A stretch of DNA of 64,000 bases, from IMG/VR virus record IMGVR_UViG_3300042547_000432. The stretch is one strand, 5' to 3'. The notes beneath the pieces are model-generated. The model searched no databases, was not told where the DNA came from, and worked only from the letters and a program-made list of their open reading frames with translations. Made by a program: the position numbers and the translations under genes. Source of the DNA: a virus. Below are positions 51,935-59,954 of this stretch, in pieces. The stretch's first letter is position 1; each line of letters starts with the position of its first letter.

Positions 51935-52693
51935 TTAGAATCCCAAATTAATTTTACTAATCAGATAAGAACGAACAAGTCCAGAACGAACAATGTCTTG
52001 AACACCAAACTCAACAGAAGCAAACTCTTCCATTGTACCAATGATACGCTGGAAGTCAAGGATACCGTTGCGTTCATTAGTGCGAACTAAGTCAGTCTGT
52101 TGAACGTCACCAGAGAAGATGATCTTACAATCCTGACCAACACGGGTAATGATAGAGTCGAGTTCATGGAAGTTTAGATTTTGCATTTCGTCAACAAGGA
52201 TAATACAATTATCCATTGTGGTTCCGCGAAGGAATGATGTAGACCAGAAGCTAATAGTTCCCTGAGTTTTTAGATTACCATACAGTAGTTCAAACTCCTC
52301 ATCAGTGGGAAGTTCAAACATATACTTCACCATATTCTTATAAGGAATTTGGTAAAGCGATGACTTATCTTCATGGTCTCCAGGTAGGAAACCAATCTCA
52401 CGGGTTGCTACAAGAGAGCGAACAATGTATACCTTTTCGTATGGAGTATTCTCATTAAGAACATCCTTGAGTGCTAGGTAAAGTGCCACGAATGTTTTAC
52501 CAGTTCCAGCAGCACCATAAGCAAATAGATGCTTATCATTTTCCCACTCTTCAAACATCTTGCGTTGTGCTTCAGTAAGTGGTTCAATATCCTTAGCGAA
52601 ATAATCCATGTTTAATGGTTTCTTGCGCTTCATTTGTTTGACGCTCATTCCCGATGGAACAGCTTGCTTTGTTTTACGAGTTCTTACAGGCAT
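51935..52693 (-). CDS. phoH: PhoH-family ATPase
   Basis: GAAGTGKT Walker A; REIGFLPG; SFLRGTT; DEMQN; GD..QTD. Start trimmed. Confidence 0.93.
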   Translation of the reverse strand: MPVRTRKTKQAVPSGMSVKQMKRKKPLNMDYFAKDIEPLTEAQRKMFEEWENDKHLFAYGAAGTGKTFVALYLALKDVLNENTPYEKVYIVRSLVATREIGFLPGDHEDKSSLYQIPYKNMVKYMFELPTDEEFELLYGNLKTQGTISFWSTSFLRGTTMDNCIILVDEMQNLNFHELDSIITRVGQDCKIIFSGDVQQTDLVRTNERNGILDFQRIIGTMEEFASVEFGVQDIVRSGLVRSYLISKINLGF

Positions 52694-52694
52694 A

Positions 52695-52925
52695 TTAGAG
52701 ACGGTTAATGTTAGATCCAGGTGTATCTGCGGCACGATTGATGATGTGTTTCCAATCGCTATCGGTTTTGTTTTGCCAGTTTCCTACTTCAGATACCGCG
52801 TGTAGTATAGTGGGCATCTGAGTAATATGAGGATTAGCTTCAAGATAAGGTTCTCTTTCTGCCATCATCATCCACTTTTCAAACTCTTCACCTGTATTAT
52901 TATCTTTGAATTTGTAAGTTGGCAT
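52695..52925 (-). CDS. Conserved small phage protein (MPTYKFKDNNTGEEFE...)
   Basis: Trimmed from 52695..52973. Confidence 0.8.
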   Translation of the reverse strand: MPTYKFKDNNTGEEFEKWMMMAEREPYLEANPHITQMPTILHAVSEVGNWQNKTDSDWKHIINRAADTPGSNINRL

Positions 52926-53463
52926 CTTCAGTAAACCATGATGGAGTGGTGGAAGGAGATTTCCATTTCGCAAATGAAATTTTATCTCCGATATAATAGT
53001 TACGATATGACTGGATGGTATCTCCAGGCACTTTATATTTATCTGGCATTGCGGGGGGCGGATCTATCCATCCTGCTTCTGGTATGTTAAATGGAGCAAC
53101 CCAAAGATAACTAATCAAACTTTCTGTGCTATGATAATTTTTATAGCGACGGGTATACTCTACACAACAGTGCTGAAACAAATCGAATAACCAACGATAG
53201 TGCGAGCGAGATTGTCTAACCCATACAGCAGATGGATGGTTGATGTGACAAGCTTTATAAAGCACATCTTCCCGTGGTTTTTCTAATCGGTAACGCTTAA
53301 CTGTTTTACCTTTGGGAGATTTTTGCGTATAAGGAATGCCGTCGAGCACACGATGAGCAGTGGAAAGAAGCTGAGCGTACTCAACAATCATTTTAACCAC
53401 ATGCTTATCGCAATGCTCGGCGGCACAAGTACGAGGGTCGTAACTGAGGTAGAAGATATTCAT
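52900..53463 (-). CDS. Pyrimidine-dimer DNA glycosylase/DenV-like protein
   Basis: MNIFYL..DP..A..HCDKHVVKM..E.AQLLSTAH, H.NHPS..W, Y..RY...H. Confidence 0.7.
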   Translation of the reverse strand: MNIFYLSYDPRTCAAEHCDKHVVKMIVEYAQLLSTAHRVLDGIPYTQKSPKGKTVKRYRLEKPREDVLYKACHINHPSAVWVRQSRSHYRWLFDLFQHCCVEYTRRYKNYHSTESLISYLWVAPFNIPEAGWIDPPPAMPDKYKVPGDTIQSYRNYYIGDKISFAKWKSPSTTPSWFTEDANLQIQR

Positions 53464-53484
53464 GGGGTCTTCGTGGTTGACCCC

Positions 53485-53513
53485 ATTATATCACCATTCC
53501 ATGGCTTCCGCAA
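53485..53513 (-). promoter_or_regulatory. Sigma70 promoter TTGCGG-N17-TATAAT (extended TG) for the DenV-like gene
   Basis: Perfect -10 with a partial -35. Confidence 0.6.
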
Positions 53514-54132
53514 CCGTTGGGAACTGGGTTTTAAAAACCTCTTTACATCCCTCAGCAATCTCCATGTGTTCCCTTTGAGTACCATGGGCAGAGCGAAGGT
53601 CAATGTAATGAATCCATGAGCGACATGAGCCCGTCATGTAGATCCTTGTGGGCGTTGCCAGGGGCAACACAAAGCGAGCACACTCCTTAGCGACTCCCGC
53701 CTCTAGGAGACGCTTATAGAGGTTGTTGGCGGCGGTGAAGTGCTCAGCAATCTCTGCTTGAAACTTCAGTTTCACATAGTCTCCAAGGTCGTCAGTGGAG
53801 TTCTGACGATTCTTAGTATCCTGACGACGAAGATCAGGTACAGGAATATTTTCAGTAATTAGATTTGTATCAGCATAACGCTGTGAAAACTCTTGGAATG
53901 TGAAGCTCCTGTGACGAAGCACTTGTGCCGCGATGCCACGAGTTGTTTCAATCTCAAGTGTCATATGAGATTGTTCAAACACAGACCAATGATTATGCTC
54001 AATACAATAACGAAGTAACCCCGCATAGTTTTCGTTATCTTGATTACTAGGGTTAGACACTCTAGCAATATATGCCATTGTCTTTTCCGCATCTGGTGTC
54101 ACCGAAATAAGTTTAACCGTCATTAGATTCAT
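53491..54132 (-). CDS. thyX: Flavin-dependent thymidylate synthase
   Basis: RHRSFTFQEFSQRY signature; H.SVFE; ARFVLP. Confidence 0.95.
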   Translation of the reverse strand: MNLMTVKLISVTPDAEKTMAYIARVSNPSNQDNENYAGLLRYCIEHNHWSVFEQSHMTLEIETTRGIAAQVLRHRSFTFQEFSQRYADTNLITENIPVPDLRRQDTKNRQNSTDDLGDYVKLKFQAEIAEHFTAANNLYKRLLEAGVAKECARFVLPLATPTRIYMTGSCRSWIHYIDLRSAHGTQREHMEIAEGCKEVFKTQFPTVAEAMEW

Positions 54133-54379
54133 CCTTCACTTGTTGTTTTAAGTCCATCATTTGTATTTGAAATAATGGATTTTTTTCTAGGCGACGAAGA
54201 CGTTTTACAGACTCGCGTATTTGTAGATACTTTCTTTTATCAATTTCAGAAGCATCTGGTGGCGGTGGTTTCAACGCATCATTAGCATAGAACATATTTC
54301 TTTGTACGATAGGAGACTCGTAGTTCTCATCGTTTAAAATTTCTTCTTCACTATTCAATTCAATATTATCTTCATTCAT
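54113..54379 (-). CDS. Hypothetical protein, 88 aa
   Basis: ORF track. Confidence 0.7.
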   Translation of the reverse strand: MNEDNIELNSEEEILNDENYESPIVQRNMFYANDALKPPPPDASEIDKRKYLQIRESVKRLRRLEKNPLFQIQMMDLKQQVKDESNDG

Positions 54380-54382
54380 ATA

Positions 54383-54778
54383 TCAAGTAAGACGCAAGGA
54401 TAAAGTTACTGAAATAACATCACCACTGGTCTGAACATTGTATGGACCAGTAGAAAATTTTTCTGCCAAAAGTAAAATACCAGAAGCGTTAGTTACATAG
54501 TAACCATAGATATTTCCTTTTGGTGCTGTGAATGTCCAAGTTTGTTGTGGATATGAAGCTGAAGGAGGAGGACCAGCACTAACTGTCCACGAAGAACCAG
54601 TTAATACTTTAGGAGTATATCCATCTCCAGTAGTAACTTCAGTTACAGAAGCAACAACAGTGCTATCAGTGATAGCAGAGTTATTAGAAAACAACCTTAG
54701 TGTTAATGCCTCTACGGTTGTATCACTTCCAACAAGATAAGACAACGCTTGTGTCTTTGCTGATTGATTAATAATCAT
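54383..54778 (-). CDS. 131-aa beta-rich protein resembling small phage tail/structural proteins
   Basis: LRLF..,GY....LT...W, SYPQQTWTFT, IYGYYVT..LLLAEKF..GD.I.VT pattern. Confidence 0.55.
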   Translation of the reverse strand: MIINQSAKTQALSYLVGSDTTVEALTLRLFSNNSAITDSTVVASVTEVTTGDGYTPKVLTGSSWTVSAGPPPSASYPQQTWTFTAPKGNIYGYYVTNASGILLLAEKFSTGPYNVQTSGDVISVTLSLRLT

Positions 54779-54779
54779 T

Positions 54780-55034
54780 TTACCTCTTTTTCTTTTGTTC
54801 TTTTGACGGGGAATCCCAAAGCTTTGGATTAACTCTCCCCTCAGATTGTTTCCAACCCTTCAAACCCTCTCTATATCTATCCCAGTAATAATCAAAAATT
54901 TCGATTTGTTTATCTGGAATAACTAAATCATATGCGAGTGCTCCATCAATTTCATAGGTAACTAGATAAGCATTATAAGGTAAACCACGATCTTTGGCAA
55001 TACTAGGATCACAGTTTTGATGGAGAATTTTCAT
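54780..55034 (-). CDS. Conserved cyanophage hypothetical protein, 84 aa
   Basis: ORF track; coupled. Confidence 0.8.
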   Translation of the reverse strand: MKILHQNCDPSIAKDRGLPYNAYLVTYEIDGALAYDLVIPDKQIEIFDYYWDRYREGLKGWKQSEGRVNPKLWDSPSKEQKKKR

Positions 55035-55483
55035 TAACTACGTCCTCCCCATTGAATTTGTGGAAATGTTTCTTGTACTAATGCTTTTGAAATTCTATTG
55101 TATTTTGTTTGAAGCTTCTTATCTTTCACCAAGCAAAGAATCTCTGCTTCATCAGGATGAAGATTTTCAAGCATACCTAAAAAGATTTGTTCTCTTTTAC
55201 TTTGGGTAATATTAGATCCACCTTTGACAAAGTGGAACATTTTCTTACCTTCATTTTCAAGTAACAGATGATCCGTTCCTTCTGGTGCTGGATTAGTTAC
55301 ATACGGAACTTCTCCCTCAGGTAGCATAGAAACTACACTATCATCAAAGTTCCAGATGAAAAGAGAACGAAGAACTTGCGTGTTATTTTCTAACAAAATT
55401 CGTTTCTTTTCTTCTTTAGTCTTTGCGTTATTGGTTTTGCGTAGCACCTCTGAAATTAGAGGGCGATATGTTTTAGTTGCCAT
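55034..55483 (-). CDS. Conserved T4-like phage hypothetical protein, 149 aa
   Basis: LISEVL..NFD..LPEG.VPY..RE..F..MLE.LHP.EA; lies downstream of rnh. Confidence 0.8.
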   Translation of the reverse strand: MATKTYRPLISEVLRKTNNAKTKEEKKRILLENNTQVLRSLFIWNFDDSVVSMLPEGEVPYVTNPAPEGTDHLLLENEGKKMFHFVKGGSNITQSKREQIFLGMLENLHPDEAEILCLVKDKKLQTKYNRISKALVQETFPQIQWGGRS

Positions 55484-55489
55484 GTCAAT

Positions 55490-56380
55490 TCAAAATGGTT
55501 GTGTGTTACGAAATACGAAATCTTCCATCAACTTGGTAAGTTGATGTTCTTGGAAGTATTCCAATGGAACTTTCCTTTCGTTGCTATTTAGTGACTTGTA
55601 ATAATTAACAATTTCTGTAGCAAGGTGTTCTGGAATACAAGAAAGATCAATCAATTTTCGATTGCGCTCATAGTTTTCTCTCGCTTGTTGATCAAGACAG
55701 AATGCAGATGGATCTTGCTTTACCCACTTTTCTAAGTTTTTCTTACTTATAGGTTTCTGTCTTTTACCTACCACAAATGTATCAGCATCAGATAGGAAGT
55801 TAGGTATGCCATCTGACTTATCTCCCTTAATGATATGCTCTCTAGCATATGCTTTTGGGTCCGCATGTTTAATCTCCTTTTTTAAAATAGGATTGTATTG
55901 CTTCACAAAAGGATATTTTTGTAGTTGAATAAAATCTTTATCGCCAGACAAGATTAAAACTTGTTCAGCATCTTCTCCTGCTTTCTGGAGTTTAATATTA
56001 CGATAGGCTTGATAGGTGGTGAGAGTACTGATAACATCATCAGCCTCAGCTCCATATACCTCAACAACTTTATACGGAAAAAAGTTTTTAATTTCATCGC
56101 GTATCTTATTCAAGACTTCGAAGATAGCATTCCAATCTAGATCAGATGCTTCTCGGTCTTTCTTTCTATTCTGTTTGTAATAAGGAAATGCTTCCTTTCG
56201 CCAGTAGTGCTTACTGTCATACGCAAGAACAACCTCACCATACTTAGGAGAGTATTGTTTTTCAAATGCGCGAAGGGCAGTAAGCACCATATGACGAACA
56301 AGATTTTCATTCAAAGCATCGCCTTTCAGTTGCACCATCAGATTACTAATCATAATCTGATTCATATCAATTAGAATCAT
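55490..56380 (-). CDS. rnh: T4 RNase H (5'-3' exo/flap endonuclease)
   Basis: MILIDMNQI, YWRK..FPYYK, EADD.I, ILSGDKDF.QL, GDKSDGIPN. Confidence 0.93.
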   Translation of the reverse strand: MILIDMNQIMISNLMVQLKGDALNENLVRHMVLTALRAFEKQYSPKYGEVVLAYDSKHYWRKEAFPYYKQNRKKDREASDLDWNAIFEVLNKIRDEIKNFFPYKVVEVYGAEADDVISTLTTYQAYRNIKLQKAGEDAEQVLILSGDKDFIQLQKYPFVKQYNPILKKEIKHADPKAYAREHIIKGDKSDGIPNFLSDADTFVVGKRQKPISKKNLEKWVKQDPSAFCLDQQARENYERNRKLIDLSCIPEHLATEIVNYYKSLNSNERKVPLEYFQEHQLTKLMEDFVFRNTQPF

Positions 56381-56650
56381 TTAATCCTCTTCGTCGTACT
56401 CCTCAAAATCTTCAGAATTCTCAAAGCGAACCGCTACGATCTCATCAGGAATCAGTTGACCATTTTCATCAAACATTTCAGGATGCATAGGAACAATCCT
56501 GTTCTTGTTTAAAAATGAATAGACGATATCGTTTCCGAACCATCCGATCATCAGTCCAATCATAAAAGACCCTACGATACCTATTCCACTAAAGAATAAG
56601 ATATATGGTGTTGCTGACTCCATCTTACTACTCCCTTGTTGGTTTGTCAA
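56381..56650 (-). CDS. Single-TM hypothetical protein
   Basis: ILFFSGIGIVGSFMIGLMIGW followed by HPEMFDENG. Confidence 0.75.
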   Translation of the reverse strand: MTNQQGSSKMESATPYILFFSGIGIVGSFMIGLMIGWFGNDIVYSFLNKNRIVPMHPEMFDENGQLIPDEIVAVRFENSEDFEEYDEED

Positions 56651-56762
56651 CCTCCCAGGAAAACTCCAGATGAAAATGGAATGTTCTGCGTAGGAGGTGA
56701 AAAGTGTTACTTAAATTTAATCCATGCTTAGGTTTGACTTTATCAACCCTCCTACGCAACAT
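56628..56762 (-). CDS. Hypothetical 44-aa protein (MLRRRVDKVKPK...)
   Basis: Trimmed from 56628..56843; AATAAATA late-like motif just upstream. Confidence 0.55.
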   Translation of the reverse strand: MLRRRVDKVKPKHGLNLSNTFHLLRRTFHFHLEFSWEVDKPTRE

Positions 56763-56775
56763 GAATTCTATACCT

Positions 56776-57126
56776 TTATTTATTTGAAGTTTTTGGTTTT
56801 CTTCCAGGTCGTTTTGATTTTTCATACTGTTTAGCATCTTCAATAATTTTATTCAAAAAATCTCTGGTTTTTATTACTCTCTGTTCGCCCATCCATTCAT
56901 AAGCTTCTTTTAATAAAGCATTATCAATTAAATATAAATTTAATTCATTAACTTGATCAACAAGAGATGTATACAAGTATGATTTAATAAATTTTTTTAT
57001 ATCATTTCTTGAGATTTTTTGAGACGAAAGATAAACAAAAAAATCTAAATCATATTTGTCTTCAGAAAAAACAAGATTGATTGCTTCGTTTACTACATCA
57101 TACAATGTTTCAATTGCTGCCGCCAT
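56776..57126 (-). CDS. Hypothetical protein, 116 aa, basic C-terminus
   Basis: ORF track. Confidence 0.75.
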   Translation of the reverse strand: MAAAIETLYDVVNEAINLVFSEDKYDLDFFVYLSSQKISRNDIKKFIKSYLYTSLVDQVNELNLYLIDNALLKEAYEWMGEQRVIKTRDFLNKIIEDAKQYEKSKRPGRKPKTSNK

Positions 57127-57379
57127 TTTTATTCTTGGAGCTTGTTACTAGTCCTTCTTTCACAAATAATTTAACCGCGTCAACAAGTCCTCCAATCTGT
57201 CTTCCATCCACAACAACAAAAGGAAACATATTGACTCCTGGAAATAATGATTCAAATTCATCTAAAGGCATGTCTCTCTTTACAACTACCTCAGTATAAT
57301 CTGTCTTTGCTCTCTTAAAAAGTTCTTTAAGGGTTTTACAATGAGAACATCCTGGCAAAGTATATGCTACTATTTCCAT
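57110..57379 (-). CDS. nrdC: Glutaredoxin (NrdC-like)
   Basis: YTLPGCSHC (CxxC), FPFVVVDG..IGG. Start trimmed. Confidence 0.88.
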   Translation of the reverse strand: MEIVAYTLPGCSHCKTLKELFKRAKTDYTEVVVKRDMPLDEFESLFPGVNMFPFVVVDGRQIGGLVDAVKLFVKEGLVTSSKNKNGGSN

Positions 57380-57729
57380 CAAATACCTCTCAAATATACG
57401 CGAATGTTTGGTTTTACACATTCTAGCACCTGAATCATATATTCGCAAGCCTTGTGAGGCATGGTATGGTCACCACACGTAAAGATATCTACAGCAGCAT
57501 ATCCTTTCTCAGGCCAAGTATGAATACTGATGTGACTTTCTGATAGTAAGCAAACAGCAGTGATTCCCTGTGGCGTGAATTCGTATTTGATTTCTTCTAG
57601 TAACGTTGCGTTCGCGTGTTCTACTGCTTGCCTAAGGGAAGTGCTAATAAATTCTGAGTTGTTTAAAAGGTCAGCATTACACTCGCATAACTCTGCGATG
57701 TGATGAACCCCCAGCACTTCATCCATCAA
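57379..57729 (-). CDS. speD: S-adenosylmethionine decarboxylase proenzyme
   Basis: F.PQG.T...LLSESHISIHTWPE.GYAAVDIFTCG (ES cleavage site). Confidence 0.93.
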   Translation of the reverse strand: MMDEVLGVHHIAELCECNADLLNNSEFISTSLRQAVEHANATLLEEIKYEFTPQGITAVCLLSESHISIHTWPEKGYAAVDIFTCGDHTMPHKACEYMIQVLECVKPNIRVYLRGI

Positions 57730-57760
57730 TGTGTCTCCAATAACGTTATATTTATTACCG

Positions 57761-58474
57761 TTATTTGTATCTTTCTAAAGAATATATTCCATTCTTTTCT
57801 ACAATTGCCGAGCAAGTGTCACACCAATCCCCACAGCACATATAAAGAAGTTTATTGAAGTAACGAATGTTTGCGTGATGAATATGACCACAAATCACAC
57901 CATCATATTTCTTATCTCTCTGTATACAATATGATGCCACATCAGTCTCATATTGATTGATGTATCTCTTTCCACGAATGGTATTTTTCAAAGCATACAC
58001 CAATGAGAAACGAAAGAATCTTTCTAGAAACAAACTCAATGGTGTGATAAATTCATATCCCTTGTTGAATATCAATTGCTTCCAAGACCCAGAAGAATAT
58101 TCTGAATACTTATCACCGTGTACACAAAGAAACTTATTGCCTTTTGAATCTTTATGTGTGTATTCATCCACCATTTTAAAATTCTTGTGCTCAAAATCAC
58201 AGTAACGACGAATCTGACCTTCGTGATTTCCTAGAATATAAACAATTTCTGTGCCTTTCTTGGCGAGATTTAAAATCTGATGAACACATTCAGTGTGTTC
58301 TTTTTTCCAATGTGTATGATATGTTTCTAAGCAAGCGATGTCAATAATATCACCTACCAATACTAACTTTTTTGTTTTAAGTTCTTTGATAAATTTTAAA
58401 AATTTCTGAGTGTTACACCTATTGGTGCCCAAATGAACATCAGAAATAAAAACTGTATCGTAAGTCATAATCAA
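57761..58474 (-). CDS. Metallophosphoesterase, LpxH/UDP-2,3-diacylglucosamine hydrolase-like
   Basis: FISDVHLG, GDIID, GNHE, HGD, CGHIH, GDW motifs. Confidence 0.85.
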   Translation of the reverse strand: MIMTYDTVFISDVHLGTNRCNTQKFLKFIKELKTKKLVLVGDIIDIACLETYHTHWKKEHTECVHQILNLAKKGTEIVYILGNHEGQIRRYCDFEHKNFKMVDEYTHKDSKGNKFLCVHGDKYSEYSSGSWKQLIFNKGYEFITPLSLFLERFFRFSLVYALKNTIRGKRYINQYETDVASYCIQRDKKYDGVICGHIHHANIRYFNKLLYMCCGDWCDTCSAIVEKNGIYSLERYK

Positions 58475-58632
58475 AATCTTGTTGGAGTATAATTCATATC
58501 TTCAAGTAACTGGTCTAACATTTTTCCATATTCTTTAAATCTTCTGTCACCAGCAATAAAACATCTTTGTCTCATCCACACAGCATCTGCTAAAAGTTTT
58601 ATTTCTTTTTCTGTGAGTGTTAAGGTTTTCAT
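58471..58632 (-). CDS. Hypothetical protein, 53 aa (MKTLTLTEKEIKLLADAVW...)
   Basis: Trimmed from 58471..58746; GAGAGG upstream. Confidence 0.65.
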   Translation of the reverse strand: MKTLTLTEKEIKLLADAVWMRQRCFIAGDRRFKEYGKMLDQLLEDMNYTPTRF

Positions 58633-58673
58633 TTTTGTATGACATACCTCTCTATGTAGGTTAGTTTCTAGAC

Positions 58674-58699
58674 AAAAAAAGACCCCCCGAAGGAGGTCT
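58674..58699 (-). terminator. psbA terminator with C(UUCG)G tetraloop
   Basis: AGACCTCC-TTCG-GGGGGTCT followed by a T run. Confidence 0.85.
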
Positions 58700-58717
58700 G
58701 TGATGTATTGAAAACAA

Positions 58718-59800
58718 TCAACCGATAGCAGGTGCTGTAAGAGCAACAGGTGTCATATCAGCAGCAGCAAGGTCAAGAGGGAAGTTGTGAGCGTTACGCT
58801 CGTGCATCACTTCAAAACCGAGATTAGCACGGTTAAGGATGTCTGCCCAGGTGTTGATCACGCGACCGTTGTTATCAAGCAGCGACTGATTAAAGTTGAA
58901 TCCGTTGAGGTTGAATGCCATGGTACTAACACCAAGAGCAGCAAACCAGATGCCAACTACAGGCCAGGCAGCAAGGAAGAAGTGAAGACTACGAGAGTTA
59001 TTGAAGGAAGCGTATTGGAAAATAAGGCGACCAAAATAACCGTGAGCAGCTACAATGTTGTAGGTCTCTTCTTCTTGTCCGAACTTGTATCCGTAGTTCT
59101 GAGATTCAGTTTCAGTTGTTTCGCGGACGAGGGAACTAGTGACCAAAGATCCATGCATAGCAGAGAAAAGAGAACCACCAAATACACCAGCCACCCCAAG
59201 CATATGGAAGGGGTGCATGAGGATGTTATGCTCCGCCTGAAAAACAAGCATGTAGTTAAATGTTCCGCTAATGCCGAGCGGCATACCATCAGAGAAGGAA
59301 CCTTGTCCAAAGGGATAGACGAGGAAAACTGCAGTAGCAGCAGCAACGGGTGCGCTGTAGGCAACACAAATCCAAGGACGCATACCAAGTCGGTAAGAAA
59401 GTTCCCATTCACGACCCATGTAAGAGAAGACACCGATAAGAAAGTGGAAGACCACCAGTTGATAAGGACCACCATTATATAGCCACTCATCGAGCGACAT
59501 GGCATTCCAGATGGGATAAAAGTGAAGACCAATAGCGTTGCTTGAAGGAACAACAGCACCAGAGATGATGTTGTTTCCATACATTAGTGAACCAGCGACA
59601 GGCTCACGGATGCCGTCAATATCCACGGGGGGTGCGGCGATGAAAGCGACGATGAAGCAGATGGTTGCTGCAAGGAGGGTAGGAATCATAAGAGTTCCAA
59701 ACCAACCAACATAAAGACGATTGTTGGTAGAGGTAACCCACTCGCAGAAGCTTTCCCAAATGTTTTCACCACCGCGACGTTGTGCGATAGTTGCAGTCAT
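58718..59800 (-). CDS. psbA: Photosystem II D1 protein, 360 aa, uninterrupted, Glu130 type
   Basis: [31 protein letters not shown]161, D170, E189, H332, E333, H337, D342 and A344 positions are intact; GREWELS. Confidence 0.98.
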   Translation of the reverse strand: MTATIAQRRGGENIWESFCEWVTSTNNRLYVGWFGTLMIPTLLAATICFIVAFIAAPPVDIDGIREPVAGSLMYGNNIISGAVVPSSNAIGLHFYPIWNAMSLDEWLYNGGPYQLVVFHFLIGVFSYMGREWELSYRLGMRPWICVAYSAPVAAATAVFLVYPFGQGSFSDGMPLGISGTFNYMLVFQAEHNILMHPFHMLGVAGVFGGSLFSAMHGSLVTSSLVRETTETESQNYGYKFGQEEETYNIVAAHGYFGRLIFQYASFNNSRSLHFFLAAWPVVGIWFAALGVSTMAFNLNGFNFNQSLLDNNGRVINTWADILNRANLGFEVMHERNAHNFPLDLAAADMTPVALTAPAIG

Positions 59801-59861
59801 TGAAATACTCCGAGTAGTTGAGGGTAAGTATTGTGAAGAAATGTTTCCATTTCTTAACATT

Positions 59862-59895
59862 TATTTATAGTAGCACGGTTCCCCGCCCCTGTCAA
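59862..59895 (-). promoter_or_regulatory. Composite psbA promoter: TTGACA-N17-TACTAT (extended TG) overlapping late TATAAATA
   Basis: -35 at 59890-95, -10 at 59867-72, late motif at 59862-69. Confidence 0.85.
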
Positions 59896-59914
59896 GCCCC
59901 CCAGTCCCACCATT

Positions 59915-59922
59915 TATAAATA
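59915..59922 (+). promoter_or_regulatory. Late promoter TATAAATA for the divergent tail-fibre unit
   Basis: Exact consensus 32 nt upstream of the ATG at 59955. Confidence 0.75.
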
Positions 59923-59954
59923 TAACTAAATAGGGCACTCATTGTAGGTTACGA

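Noticed and set aside
58787-59580. 231-aa antisense and 176-aa alternate-frame ORFs in psbA
   Set aside because: Expected shadows of a GC-richer, biased gene; no RBS or promoter support.
58718-59800. Intron or homing endonuclease in psbA, or an atypical D1
   Set aside because: The ORF is continuous at 360 aa with all Mn-cluster ligands present.
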